From contig DATNCY010000318.1 in the NCBI GenBank assembly GCA_035553375.1, positions 698 through 64,697 on the forward strand: a stretch of DNA of 64,000 bases, in the 5' to 3' direction. Numbering within the stretch: the stretch's first letter is position 1; each line of letters begins with the position of its first letter. The DNA is from Gemmataceae bacterium (GTDB taxonomy: Bacteria > Planctomycetota > Planctomycetia > Gemmatales > Gemmataceae). The notes under the pieces are model-generated. The model searched no databases. It saw only the letters and a program-made list of their open reading frames with translations, and had not been told where the DNA came from. Positions 17,894 to 27,889 of this stretch are shown here, piece after piece. The position numbers were made by a program, and so were the translations under genes.

Positions 17894-20608
17894 ATGTTGA
17901 CCGCGAATGAAATCCGCCAGCAATTCATCGACTTCTTCGTCAAGAAGCACGGCCATACGTTCGTGCCCTCCAGCAGCGTTGTGCCGCACGACGATGCCAC
18001 GTTGTTGTTCACCAACGCCGGCATGAACCAGTTCAAGGACGTGTTTCTCGGCACCGGTTCGCGTCCGTACAAACGGGCGGCCGATACGCAGAAGTGCATC
18101 CGCGCGGGCGGCAAACACAACGATCTCGAAGACGTGGGCAAGGATACCTATCATCACACCTTTTTTGAGATGCTCGGCAACTGGTCGTTCGGTGATTACT
18201 TCAAGAAAGAGGCGATCCGCTGGGCGTGGGAGTTGTTGACGGACGTGTGGAAGCTGGACAAATCGCGACTGCACGCGACCGTTTTCGAGGGCGATGACGA
18301 GTTGGGGCTGGCGGCCGATGACGAGGCGGCGGCGCTGTGGCGTTCCGAGACGGACATCGAACCGGCGCACATTCACAAGGGCAACAAGAAGGATAATTTC
18401 TGGGAGATGGGCGAGACGGGGCCATGTGGTCCTTGCACGGAAATTCACATCGACCGCACACCGGACAAGAGCGGCGGCAAGCTGGTGAACAAGGGCACGG
18501 CAGACGTTATTGAGATATGGAACCTCGTTTTTATCCAGTTTAATCGCGGAGCGGACAAGAAGTTGACGCCGTTGCCGGCGAAGCATGTCGATACGGGCAT
18601 GGGCTTCGAGCGTGTCACGGCGGTATTGCAGGGCAAGGCGAGCAATTATGATACCGATGTGTTCACGCCGATCATGGACGCGATAGGGAAACTCACCCGC
18701 AAGAAATACGGTGGCCGACTAGATGATTTGCACGACGTCGGTTTCCGCGTGATTGCGGATCATCTGCGCATGGCGACGTTCGCCATCACCGACGGAGCGC
18801 GGCCGGGCAACAAGAAACGCGATGCCGTGGTGCGCAGCGTCATTCGCCGGGCGGTGCGTTATGGCTATCAGTATTTCGATCTGCGCGAGCCGTTCGTTTA
18901 CAAGCTGGTTCCGGTACTCGTTGAGCAGATGGGCAGGGCATTTCCGGAACTGCAAACGAAAACTGCGCAGACGGCGGAGATTCTGCGGGTGGAAGAAGCG
19001 GAATTTTTTAAGACAATTCAACGTGGTCTCGTCCATTTTCAAACGGCTGCCGCGAGTGCGAAGAAATTAGCGGAATCTGTCCCAGGAGCCGATACCGGAG
19101 TTATTTCCGGCGAAGACGCGGCTTCTCTGCAAACGACCTACGGATTTCCCATCGATCTCACCAAACAGATGGCCGGTGAGCTTGGCATGAGGGTGGACGA
19201 AGAGGAATATAACGAAGCAATCGAACGACATAAAGAGATTTCAAGGCAAGGCCGCGAAAAAATTGTCATCTCCGCCATCACAGGCGAGTTGCCGAAAACA
19301 AACGACGCGCCCAAGTACGCCGGCCTTTCCACAACCGGCAAGCTCCTCGGCTGGGTCAAGAATAACACAGTAATCTGTACGGGCCGGCTGAATGAAGACG
19401 ATGAGGCAGCTTTGCTCGTGGATCAAACCAATTTCTACGCCGAACAGGGCGGGCAAGTCGGCGATAGCGGCATCATCCGCACGGCCAGCGGGCGTTTCGA
19501 GGTGGACGACACGCAGAAACTTGGCGATAGCGTCATCCACCTTGGCCGTGTCGTCGAAGGGCATATGGAGTGCGGCCAGTCGGCGACCCTGGAAGTCAGC
19601 GGTCTTCGCCCTCATACCATGCGCAATCACACGGCCACGCATTTACTCAACTGGGCGCTGCGCCAAGTGCTTGGCGAACACGTCGAACAGCGCGGCTCCC
19701 TGGTCGATGCCGACAAGACACGATTCGATTTCGTGCATGACAAGCCGTTGTCAGCGGAGGAAATTGCCGAAATTGAGCGAATGGTCAACCAACGCATCTA
19801 TGCCGATTTACCCGTAACGCCGGTGACGATGCCGTTGGCGGAGGCGAAGAAACTGGGCGGCGTTCGCGCTGTGTTCGGCGAAAAGTATCCCGATCCGGTG
19901 CGTGTGTTGATGATCGGGCCAGAGCGACCGGAGGAGGCGACGCGCGAGCATTCCATCGAGTTCTGCGGCGGCACGCACTTGACGCGCACTGGACAGGCGG
20001 GGTTCTTCAAGATCGTCGCTCAGGAATTGGTCGGCAAGGGCGTGCGCCGCGTGGTCGCCGTCACCGGCAGCGAAGCCGTGGCCACGGTGCAACGCCTCTC
20101 GGCCGTGGTGGACGATCTGACGGGGCGTTTCAATTGCCAGCCGGAGGATTTGCCGCGCCGCATTGAGACATTGCAGGAAGAAGTGAAGAAGTTGCAGGCA
20201 CAGCTCCGCAAGGGGGCGGCGAGCGATCTAGCTGGGGCCGGCGATCGTCTGCTGGCGGAGGCGATCGAGGCGAATGGAGCGAAAATCATCGTCGGCGAGA
20301 TGCCGGCCGCGCCGGTCGAGCAGATGCGTCAGCAACTCGATCGTCTGCGCGAAAAGGCCAAGAGCGCGGTGATCGTGATTGGCTGGGCCGACGAAGGCAA
20401 AGTCGGGTTGCTATGTCTGGTGACGGAGGATGTGGGCAAGAAGGGCTTGCACGCGGGCAAACTGGTGGGTGAGGTGGCGAAGGTGGTCGGTGGCAAGGGC
20501 GGCGGTCCCGCTACGGGCATCGCCCAGGCCGGCGGCAAGGACGCGAGCAAACTCGCCGAAGCGTTGCAAGTGGCGAAGAAACTGGCGCGCGAGAAATTGA
20601 ACGGGTGA
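17894..20608 (+). CDS. alaS: Alanine--tRNA ligase
   Basis: IRQQFIDFFVKKHGHTFVPSSSVVP, LLFTNAGMNQFK, FFEMLGNWSFGDYFK, editing-domain HTATHLL, and C-terminal DHHA1-like GGKGGG. Start trimmed to ATG 17894. Confidence 0.95.
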   Translation: MLTANEIRQQFIDFFVKKHGHTFVPSSSVVPHDDATLLFTNAGMNQFKDVFLGTGSRPYKRAADTQKCIRAGGKHNDLEDVGKDTYHHTFFEMLGNWSFGDYFKKEAIRWAWELLTDVWKLDKSRLHATVFEGDDELGLAADDEAAALWRSETDIEPAHIHKGNKKDNFWEMGETGPCGPCTEIHIDRTPDKSGGKLVNKGTADVIEIWNLVFIQFNRGADKKLTPLPAKHVDTGMGFERVTAVLQGKASNYDTDVFTPIMDAIGKLTRKKYGGRLDDLHDVGFRVIADHLRMATFAITDGARPGNKKRDAVVRSVIRRAVRYGYQYFDLREPFVYKLVPVLVEQMGRAFPELQTKTAQTAEILRVEEAEFFKTIQRGLVHFQTAAASAKKLAESVPGADTGVISGEDAASLQTTYGFPIDLTKQMAGELGMRVDEEEYNEAIERHKEISRQGREKIVISAITGELPKTNDAPKYAGLSTTGKLLGWVKNNTVICTGRLNEDDEAALLVDQTNFYAEQGGQVGDSGIIRTASGRFEVDDTQKLGDSVIHLGRVVEGHMECGQSATLEVSGLRPHTMRNHTATHLLNWALRQVLGEHVEQRGSLVDADKTRFDFVHDKPLSAEEIAEIERMVNQRIYADLPVTPVTMPLAEAKKLGGVRAVFGEKYPDPVRVLMIGPERPEEATREHSIEFCGGTHLTRTGQAGFFKIVAQELVGKGVRRVVAVTGSEAVATVQRLSAVVDDLTGRFNCQPEDLPRRIETLQEEVKKLQAQLRKGAASDLAGAGDRLLAEAIEANGAKIIVGEMPAAPVEQMRQQLDRLREKAKSAVIVIGWADEGKVGLLCLVTEDVGKKGLHAGKLVGEVAKVVGGKGGGPATGIAQAGGKDASKLAEALQVAKKLAREKLNG

Positions 20609-20611
20609 TCG

Positions 20612-20668
20612 ACCAGCCCGCAGCGCCAGCAAGGGAAACCCATCCCCTTGCTGGCGCTGCGGGCTGGT
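20612..20668. repeat. REP-A palindrome copy 3
   Basis: 24-bp arms ACCAGCCCGCAGCGCCAGCAAGGG / CCCTTGCTGGCGCTGCGGGCTGGT, between convergent alaS (stop 20608) and the gene ending at 20675. Confidence 0.95.
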
Positions 20669-20674
20669 GAGGAA

Positions 20675-21781
20675 TCACGGCGAATATCCCACCGGCGAAC
20701 GCGGACCGAGTTGCGGTTGCCCCATCTGTGGCATTGTCGGCGGCGCGGTCTCGAACTCCGGCGCTCCCAGCCGTACCGTCGGGGGCGGCGGCGGAGGCGG
20801 CACACGATAGCCCTGTTGCGGCCTACTCGGTGGGACCGGCGTCCCGCCGGTCATTGGCCTCCGATACTCAGGACGAACTGCCGAACGGGGATCATACTCA
20901 TCGCCTTCACTCGGTGCCTGACCGCGATAGATCGGCTGCGGTTCTTCGAGTAGCGGTTGGGCCGGCGGTGCGGTCTGCCGTACCACGACGCGGGAAGTCG
21001 GCGAGGTCTCACCGCGACCGCGATTGCTGGCCAACTGCGTCGGCTGCTGCCGATTGCTGCGAATATGTTGGACCCACGCTCTCTCTAATTCCTCGACATT
21101 CTGATACCGATAGTGCGTCCGCAAGGCGGCGTCCCAATTGTTGTTGTTGTTCTGCATGCCCTCGGCGACAAACGCCAGGAAAACCTGCCGGCTGCTCTGA
21201 CCGACCAGGAAGTTCGTCACCGAGTAGCCCTCGGCGTACAGCACCATCACATCGCGCGGATATTCCTTCAAGCTGAACAGCCGGCGCAGCGGGATGGTCC
21301 GGCCGGGCGTTTGTAAAATCTGCCGAACCATCTGCTCGTGGGTATGGCGTTCCTGTTCGTCCTCGGACAGCACGGAGCCGCCCTCGTCGGCCCAGCGCGG
21401 CACCGGCGTGCGATAATAGTAGGCGAGAACCGTGTGCGTGACTTCGTGCGGCAAGACGCTGGCGATCAAGCGATCCGGCTTGCCTTCGATGTGCATGTCG
21501 ATGCTGAGGATGGCACCGCGATCGAAGGCGAACGAGGTAGCGCCGCCGGAGCCGTTCATCGTCACCGTGACCTTGACCGGACACGGTTGGCCCCACGGCC
21601 GCATCTCTTGACCGATCCACTCAATCGCCTTGGTACGGCGATAGTATTCCGCCCAGTCGCCGACTTGCTTGGCGAAGGCGGCGTCGGGCGCTTCGACGAC
21701 GAAATTTTGCGTGCGATAAGATGCGCCAAGAGAAGCCAATGCGCCGGCCAAGACGAGAACGAGTGAGGGGCGTGCAGCCAT
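20675..21781 (-). CDS. Secreted putative zinc metallopeptidase (HEXXH) with Pro/Gln-rich C-terminal tail
   Basis: Signal peptide MAARPSLVLVLAGALASLGA. HEVTH motif in SVLPHEVTHTVL. The last ~110 aa are low complexity (PPPPPPP, PQ-rich). Confidence 0.55.
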   Translation of the reverse strand: MAARPSLVLVLAGALASLGASYRTQNFVVEAPDAAFAKQVGDWAEYYRRTKAIEWIGQEMRPWGQPCPVKVTVTMNGSGGATSFAFDRGAILSIDMHIEGKPDRLIASVLPHEVTHTVLAYYYRTPVPRWADEGGSVLSEDEQERHTHEQMVRQILQTPGRTIPLRRLFSLKEYPRDVMVLYAEGYSVTNFLVGQSSRQVFLAFVAEGMQNNNNNWDAALRTHYRYQNVEELERAWVQHIRSNRQQPTQLASNRGRGETSPTSRVVVRQTAPPAQPLLEEPQPIYRGQAPSEGDEYDPRSAVRPEYRRPMTGGTPVPPSRPQQGYRVPPPPPPPTVRLGAPEFETAPPTMPQMGQPQLGPRSPVGYSP

Positions 21782-22064
21782 GCCGATGCCTCCAGCAAAG
21801 ACAGGTCGAGTCCCGACGTGGACGGCGATAGGGAGAACGGCCTCCCGCCGTGATGTGTCCGCTCAACTCTACACGCAAAAGTTGAGCCATGAGCGCGCGC
21901 GAGACAAAAGTTTCCCCGGTGCGCGGTTGCAATCTGCTATATGGCCAGACGTTGCGGTTTACATCGAGTCGATGGCGCGATGATATGGGCATCCCAACGA
22001 TTGTAAGGTTTGCAATCGCGCTGGAAAATTAGATAAAAGGGGCACGGAAGATTTGACAGTCGAT

Positions 22065-22180
22065 AATTAACCACAGAGACACAGAGGCACAGAGGAACGA
22101 CATAAAAAAATGGGCGAGCAGAGGCTTTCACCAACCACTCACCCATTTTGTATTTTCTTCTCTGTGTCTCTGTGGTTATT
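22065..22180. repeat. Periodic-arm hairpin P2: arms built from 8-nt units (CACAGAGA/CACAGAGG)
   Basis: The left arm AACCACAGAGACACAGAGGCACAGAGGAA...AAAAAAATGGG pairs imperfectly with the right arm CCCATTTTGTATTTTCTTCTCTGTGTCTCTGTGGTT. The left arm carries one extra unit. Confidence 0.85.
22104..22146 (-). terminator. Putative intrinsic terminator for the minus-strand operon ending at 22176
   Basis: On the minus strand a 9-bp stem (ATGGGTGAG/CTCGCCCAT, one G-U) with a 19-nt loop is followed by a run of six T. It is embedded in the centre of hairpin P2. Confidence 0.5.
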
Positions 22181-23600
22181 TCTTCTTCTTATCCTTCGGC
22201 GGCGTCGCCGGCTCCGCCCCCGGCGGCAGTAGCGACTTGAGCAGTTGCCCATTCGTGCCGTTGTACACACGCACGATGCCCTCTTGACCGCCGGCGGCGA
22301 CGAGAGCGCCGTCGGGGCTGACGCCCAGCGCGTAGAGGAAATCGGTGTTGCCGCTGAAATTACGTGTGTTGCCGCCGTTAACATTCCAGAAACGCACCGT
22401 CTGATCGCCGCTACAGGTGGCGAACTGATCGGTTTTGCCGACGAACACCAGGCGCGTCACCTGTTTGCCGTGGCCGGTGATCGTGCGAACCTGCTCGCCC
22501 TTCTCGAAATCCCAGATTTTGACGACATTATCCGCGCCGGCCGAGGCCAGCAATTTGCCATCAGCCTTCCAACCCACGCCAAGAACGTGGTGCGTGTGCC
22601 CCTCGAACGCCTTGAGGAACTTGCCGCTCGGCACCTCGAACGTCTTGACGAATTTGTCGGCCGCACAGGTGGCCAGCTTTTTGTCGTCCGGGCTAAAGCG
22701 GACACCGAAGACGGTGTCGCTATGGCCGTTCTTGATGTCCGCGACCAATTTGCCGGTGGCGACCTCGAAAATCTTGATCTCGCCGTCCGCCGTCGGCGCT
22801 CCGCCGCCGGTGGCCAGCAGCTTGCCGTCGTGCGAGAAGTCCAGGGCAACGACGCGATCGGCGAAGCCGGTCAGACGCCGGCGAATCGCGCCCGTCTGCG
22901 CGTCCCACACCAGGACTTCCTGGAAAGCGCCCGAGGCGAGGGATTTACCATCGGGACTGTAAGCGAGCGATTCAACGATCGACAGGTGCGCGGCCTTGAC
23001 GGGTTTCTTGTCCGGCCCGGTCAATTGTGGATCGACCAGGGTGCGAATATGCGCGCCCGAAGCGGCATTGTAGATGTGGATCTGGTTGCTTCGTGAGGCG
23101 GCGACGCTGGTCTTGTCGGGGCTGACAGCGATGCCCAGCACCGGATGTACGTTGGCGGGCGGGCCGCTGACGATCACCTTGGGCCGTTCACGCCGCATGG
23201 TCGGCGCCTTGGCACCCTGGTCAATCCACAACTTGATAAGAGCCAACTCTTCGGGAGTCAGCGGTTTCTCGCCCTTGGGCGGCATGAATTTTTTCTGTGT
23301 CTTGCTGGCCAGTTTGATGAGCAGGCTCTCGCCCGACTTGGCGGGCACGATCGCCGCACCGTGCTTGCCGCCCTTCATGAGCGCTTCGTAGTTGCCCATG
23401 TCGAGCTTGCCTTCCTTGATGTTGTCGCTGTGACAGTAGGCGCATTTATCGACGAGGATCGGCTCAATGTCCTTATCGTACAGCACCGGCGTGGCGCGTT
23501 TCAGTTCGACGACCTTGATCGGCTCGACGCCTTTCTTCTCCTCGGCGACGACAAGCGCCGGTACGAGAACGATGAGACAAAACGAAAGCAGGCAACGCAT
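22176..23600 (-). CDS. PSCyt1-type cytochrome c domain fused to WD40 beta-propeller
   Basis: Signal peptide. CAYCHSDNIKEGKLDMGNYEALMKGG plus LALIKLWIDQGA (planctomycete cytochrome C domain), then repeated WD40-like units (GHxxxV...S.D.k.latg...d..vkiwd). AGGAG lies 8 nt upstream of ATG 23600. Confidence 0.8.
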   Translation of the reverse strand: MRCLLSFCLIVLVPALVVAEEKKGVEPIKVVELKRATPVLYDKDIEPILVDKCAYCHSDNIKEGKLDMGNYEALMKGGKHGAAIVPAKSGESLLIKLASKTQKKFMPPKGEKPLTPEELALIKLWIDQGAKAPTMRRERPKVIVSGPPANVHPVLGIAVSPDKTSVAASRSNQIHIYNAASGAHIRTLVDPQLTGPDKKPVKAAHLSIVESLAYSPDGKSLASGAFQEVLVWDAQTGAIRRRLTGFADRVVALDFSHDGKLLATGGGAPTADGEIKIFEVATGKLVADIKNGHSDTVFGVRFSPDDKKLATCAADKFVKTFEVPSGKFLKAFEGHTHHVLGVGWKADGKLLASAGADNVVKIWDFEKGEQVRTITGHGKQVTRLVFVGKTDQFATCSGDQTVRFWNVNGGNTRNFSGNTDFLYALGVSPDGALVAAGGQEGIVRVYNGTNGQLLKSLLPPGAEPATPPKDKKKK

Positions 23601-23624
23601 GCGGGTATCTCCTTCATTCGCCTT

Positions 23625-23698
23625 GTGTAGCCGTGACACGCAGCGGAGCGCGCGTTTACGTTTCGCGCGAAGCGCTCCGCCGCGCATCGCGGCTACAC
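23625..23698. repeat. REP-C related element copy 2
   Basis: CAGCGGAGCGCGCGTTTACGTTTCGCGCGAAGCGCTCCGC, flanked by GTGTAGCCG / CGGCTACAC. Lies between the stop at 23709 and the start at 23600 of two minus-strand genes. Confidence 0.85.
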
Positions 23699-23708
23699 GA
23701 GGATCGGA

Positions 23709-26285
23709 CTATTTCACCACATTGACATTCAACTTCACTTCGTGCGTCGTCGCGTGCCCCTGGTACATCGCCGTGGCACGGACAATCAGGTTCGATAGGT
23801 TGACGGGCATCGACCCGGCTTTGACGACGAGTTTGCCCTCATTCATACCGGCGGGGATGACAGCCTCGCCGATCTGCACGCCCTTGCCGTCCTTGGGCAA
23901 AACAACCTGCACCTTGAACTCGCCTTCGTAGCCGTACAACCGCGCCACCTTGACCATGACCTCGGCCTCCTTGCCGAGTTTCACCGTGGCCGACTGTGTG
24001 GATAGGGTCAGCGTGGCGACCGACTTGGGCAGAATGGTCAGCGTGATCGGCGCGGACGGCAGGACGACGATGGTGTTCGGTTTCTGCTTGGCCATCGGGT
24101 CTTTGTTGTAGGGCATCTGCGTTTGCGTGCGCAAGACGATGGTGTAGACGCCCGGTTGCACCGTGGCGGCGACGTTGATCGCCAGCGAGCCATCCGTCTT
24201 GTTGGCTGCGATGGTGACGGCTTGATTGTTGTTGAAGGTCAATCCCTTGGGCAACTCGGTCACGATCGCCTGCACGGTCAAGGGCGTCTTGAAGTCCGCC
24301 GAAATGCGCGACAGTTTCACCTTGAGCGTGCCCTTTTCACCTTGAATAAGCGTGGGTTTGTCGAGCGTGCCACTGAGGCTGTACGGAGCGCCGGGGCGCA
24401 CGGCCAACATCAGGCTGTGATCGACGCGGCTGATGGTCGGGATGTTCTGCCCCTGCTGCACCGGCCAGACGATGCTGGCCGAACGCGCCTCGCGCACCAC
24501 CTTCTGACCATTGATGGTGGCCGTGCCCTTGATCTTGATGTGTCCGGTCCACGCGGCCGCTCCCGCGGCTGCCGAGACGGTCAAACGTGATTCACGCAAG
24601 TCGCCGCCCACGGTCTGCGGCGCGACCGTCACGCCGGCCGGCAAGCCGTCGGCACTGAGGGCGATGTCGCCGATAAAGCCGTCCTGACGAAGGGCGAAGA
24701 TCGTAAACGCCTGCTGACCGCCCGAGAGGACGGCCATGCCTCCAGGCCGGTGTTCGTCCGGCGGCAGGGCCACCAGATGAAAATCGGGCTGCGGCGGTGA
24801 GATGCGGACGCGATAGTAATGCCGCGGACCGGCTACCGTGTCGGCCAGCCGGCCGCTCACCAACAACTGATATTTACCGTCGGCCGGCACCACGAAGCGA
24901 TACGTCTGCGGGTCTTCGCTGCGTGAATAAAATTTGCGACTAAGAATATCTTGATTATCATCCGACTCCTTCAGTTCGGTTTTGGCATCGCGGAGCATGA
25001 AGTACATGTAGGTCGGCGCGCCGAGGCGATCGCTGAGAATCTCGATGTTGTACACCGCGCCTTTTTTCGCCGTGAACGTGTACCAATCGCGATCGTGCGG
25101 CTTCTCGACATGCCCGGCAATCTCGCACGGCAGAGTAATCTCTTGCGCCGTGTCCGGCGCGTCGTTGTTGCCGTTGTCGAGTACGACGGGAGCGCGGGCC
25201 AAGGAGATCAGGAACGGATTGGACCAGCCGGCCTCATTGCGGACGCGGTACTCGAACCCGTCGAGCGCAGCCATCGGCGGCGCCACCAGACCGCTGAACG
25301 CCAGGCGCTGTCCGGCGTCGCTGGGAGCGGTGACGCTGACGGTTATCTTTTCCAGCACGCGATCATCGACCACGGCCAAGGGATCGAGTTTACCGCCTGG
25401 CAAATTGCGGCCATAGACGGTCACGCTCGTTGTCTTGCCCGGTTCGACGACACACGGAAAGACGGCGTCGATCCACGGAGCGACGCTGATGCTGAGCCGA
25501 TAGAAATGCTCGGCCGTGCCCTGCGTGTGGGTGAACTGGAAGAGACGCACATAATAATCGCCATCGTCGGGCAGCGTACAGTCGGTGAGGGCGTCCCGGA
25601 GGTTGTAATCGCGGCCGCCGGCCAGGTGCTTGCCCTTGCTGTCGTACAATTCGATGCCGGCGTGAAACCGGCTGTCGATGGTGGAGGCGAGACAACTGAG
25701 AACGACGCGCTGGCCCTTCTTGCCTTTGAACACGTAGTAATCGACATCGGTGGGCGCGGCCATCGAGCCGTTGATAGTCGAGTTCAACTCGACGCGCTGG
25801 GCCTGCTCCACATCGTTGTTCGGTTCCTTCTCGAGTACCTCGCTGAGATCGCCGATCGCGAAAGCGCGCGGATTGCTGACGCCCCATTTGTTAACGAATC
25901 GCACATCATGAATGCCGGGCGGCACGTTCGCCGCGATGGTCACTTTGAATCGGCTGACAGTCGGCTTGCCCATACCCGGCTTCGGTTTCTTCTTGGGATC
26001 GGGTTTGGGCGGAGGCGGCGTGGGGCCGGCGAGCGGCTCGGCCTTGATACCGGCATGGCTGAACAGAAGTTGTTCGGGTTCTTCGAGGTCGGTGCCGGTG
26101 AAGGTCACTTCGACCGTGGAGCCGATCTTGCCTCCAGGCGGCATGACGGTCATCAGGCGCGGGGTAGGTAGATTCGAGCCAACCAGCTGCTGAGCGTGGA
26201 TCGGACTGCCGAACAACAGTCCAACGCCAGCGAGCAGGAGGGCCAAAGCAGGACGGCCCCCGGACACGCGGTGGTACATCGACAT
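23709..26285 (-). CDS. Large secreted protein with pre-peptidase C-terminal (PPC)-like domains
   Basis: Signal peptide ALALLLAGVGLLFGSPIHAQQ. PPC-like signatures EPNNDVEQAQRVELNSTINGSMAAPTDVDYYVF and NGNNDAPDTAQEITLPCEIAGHVEKPHDRDWYTF. AGGGAG lies upstream of ATG 26285. Confidence 0.65.
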   Translation of the reverse strand: MSMYHRVSGGRPALALLLAGVGLLFGSPIHAQQLVGSNLPTPRLMTVMPPGGKIGSTVEVTFTGTDLEEPEQLLFSHAGIKAEPLAGPTPPPPKPDPKKKPKPGMGKPTVSRFKVTIAANVPPGIHDVRFVNKWGVSNPRAFAIGDLSEVLEKEPNNDVEQAQRVELNSTINGSMAAPTDVDYYVFKGKKGQRVVLSCLASTIDSRFHAGIELYDSKGKHLAGGRDYNLRDALTDCTLPDDGDYYVRLFQFTHTQGTAEHFYRLSISVAPWIDAVFPCVVEPGKTTSVTVYGRNLPGGKLDPLAVVDDRVLEKITVSVTAPSDAGQRLAFSGLVAPPMAALDGFEYRVRNEAGWSNPFLISLARAPVVLDNGNNDAPDTAQEITLPCEIAGHVEKPHDRDWYTFTAKKGAVYNIEILSDRLGAPTYMYFMLRDAKTELKESDDNQDILSRKFYSRSEDPQTYRFVVPADGKYQLLVSGRLADTVAGPRHYYRVRISPPQPDFHLVALPPDEHRPGGMAVLSGGQQAFTIFALRQDGFIGDIALSADGLPAGVTVAPQTVGGDLRESRLTVSAAAGAAAWTGHIKIKGTATINGQKVVREARSASIVWPVQQGQNIPTISRVDHSLMLAVRPGAPYSLSGTLDKPTLIQGEKGTLKVKLSRISADFKTPLTVQAIVTELPKGLTFNNNQAVTIAANKTDGSLAINVAATVQPGVYTIVLRTQTQMPYNKDPMAKQKPNTIVVLPSAPITLTILPKSVATLTLSTQSATVKLGKEAEVMVKVARLYGYEGEFKVQVVLPKDGKGVQIGEAVIPAGMNEGKLVVKAGSMPVNLSNLIVRATAMYQGHATTHEVKLNVNVVK

Positions 26286-26738
26286 GGTGGAACACTCCCT
26301 GAAAAAACCGGATTCCTGAAAGCAGTCAGTCGGCGGGGCGCGACGGTAGGCAACCGTTGTCAACCAGCGGGAGGCCAAACTCAATCGGCGACGGCGGGTT
26401 AGTTGTCCGCTGGAGGCGCACAGGTCGCCGGTGGGATCAGCGGATCAATCCATTAAGGCATCGTAATCGAGCGCGCAACGGCGGTCAAGCAAGTTCGGCA
26501 AAAGAGGCGAACCAGCGAAGCCAGAAACCAGCCCGACATTTGGGAACAGACTCTCAAGTGGCCGCCTCGGACATTTCGAGGAACAGATGCCAATCGTGCG
26601 AATTAGCCGGGTGCGACTTGAAGGGAAGCCGCACCCGGCCATGCTTTTTCCTCACCCCGCTTCGTCGCCGGTCGATAAAGAACGATAAGCCTCGTAAGCG
26701 CGATTCGGCCATCAGATGATGCAAGGAGGGCGGCGAGC

Positions 26739-27863
26739 ATGCACCACGTTCGGCGACTGGGACCACTGCTGTTGTTGGGTTTACTGGGATCGGGCGCGGC
26801 GAGGACCGCACCTACCGTGCTTTCCGTTCCGCAAGCCGGACCCAGTTCCACGGTCCTCCCCGGTGGCATTGCCGATGCGACCGGACGCACCGGCTTTTTC
26901 GCCAGCGCCGGCGGCGGCATCGAGGCGCTCGACCTCGCCACCGGCAAGGTTCTCTGGCACACCCACGAGGCGCAGCGGCCATTGCTCGTGGTCAAAGACC
27001 ATCTCCTCGCGCAGGCCGGTGTCAAACGCAATCGTCTGCGTATCCTCCGTCTCGATCTGACGCACAAGGGCGAATGCGATCTCGAATCCGATCCGGTCGT
27101 CTTCCCGGCCTGGGTGGTGACGGGCGAGGCGCTCGGCCGTTCCTTCTCGACTCACTGGCATGTGGAGAAACATCAACTCGTGCTGGAGTGGGAAGCCAGC
27201 GCCTGGTACGTCGGCAAAGCCAGGCCGACAGTGGAGCAGGAGATGGCCGCGCGCAAGCACACCAGCGGCGTTGCCCTGGTCGATCTGCGCACTGGCCAGG
27301 TCGAGGTTCGGCCGGCGACGAAGATCGCCGCACCGTCCGCGCCTCTCTTGCCCGAACATCTGGAGAAGAAGGCGGTGCGCTGGCAGGGGCTTGTCGGACA
27401 GCAGTGGAAGGTTCTGACGCTGGAGGAGACGAAGGAAGGACAGCATCTCATGTTCTACTCATGGGATCGGCAAAGTGATAAATGTTCCGAACCGAAGGAA
27501 CTGCTCCGGGGCAAGCGGCTGGTAGTGCGTGCTACGCTGGATGAGCGTTTCCTGTGTCTCCGCGAGGCCCATCCGCGGCCGGATGAGAAAGACTTGCTGA
27601 CGCCCTCGAAGCCGGTGTCGTGGTGGTGGCTCTTCTCCGTGGAGACGGGCGAGTTGATGGGACGCATCCCGGCGGAACCGGGGATGCACGCCGTGGTCGT
27701 ACTCGGCAAGCGCGTGCTGTATCTGATGCCGGGTTCGCTGCGTGGCCCGCTCGATCCGCACACCCTTCAGCCGCGCATGCTCAAGGCGATCGATCTGACC
27801 TCCGGCAAGAAGTTGTGGGAACGCGCTGTCGCAGGGAAGTTGCTCACGCCGCCGCGATTGTAA
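26739..27863 (+). CDS. Secreted PQQ-like (BamB-like) beta-propeller repeat protein
   Basis: Signal peptide. Repeated D-L-x-T/S-G-K-x-LW motifs (ALDLATGKVLWH, AIDLTSGKKLWE). AAGGAGG lies 9 nt upstream of the ATG. Confidence 0.5.
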   Translation: MHHVRRLGPLLLLGLLGSGAARTAPTVLSVPQAGPSSTVLPGGIADATGRTGFFASAGGGIEALDLATGKVLWHTHEAQRPLLVVKDHLLAQAGVKRNRLRILRLDLTHKGECDLESDPVVFPAWVVTGEALGRSFSTHWHVEKHQLVLEWEASAWYVGKARPTVEQEMAARKHTSGVALVDLRTGQVEVRPATKIAAPSAPLLPEHLEKKAVRWQGLVGQQWKVLTLEETKEGQHLMFYSWDRQSDKCSEPKELLRGKRLVVRATLDERFLCLREAHPRPDEKDLLTPSKPVSWWWLFSVETGELMGRIPAEPGMHAVVVLGKRVLYLMPGSLRGPLDPHTLQPRMLKAIDLTSGKKLWERAVAGKLLTPPRL

Positions 27864-27889
27864 TAGGGATCTTCAACAAATTTTTCCCA

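Noticed and set aside
26606-26650. Hairpin GCCGGGTGCG...CGCACCCGGC followed by CATGCTTTTT as the terminator of a small RNA in the 354-nt divergent gap.
   Set aside because: There is no identifiable promoter or conserved structure upstream, and it is a single observation. It could equally be part of the 5' leader of the gene starting at 26739.
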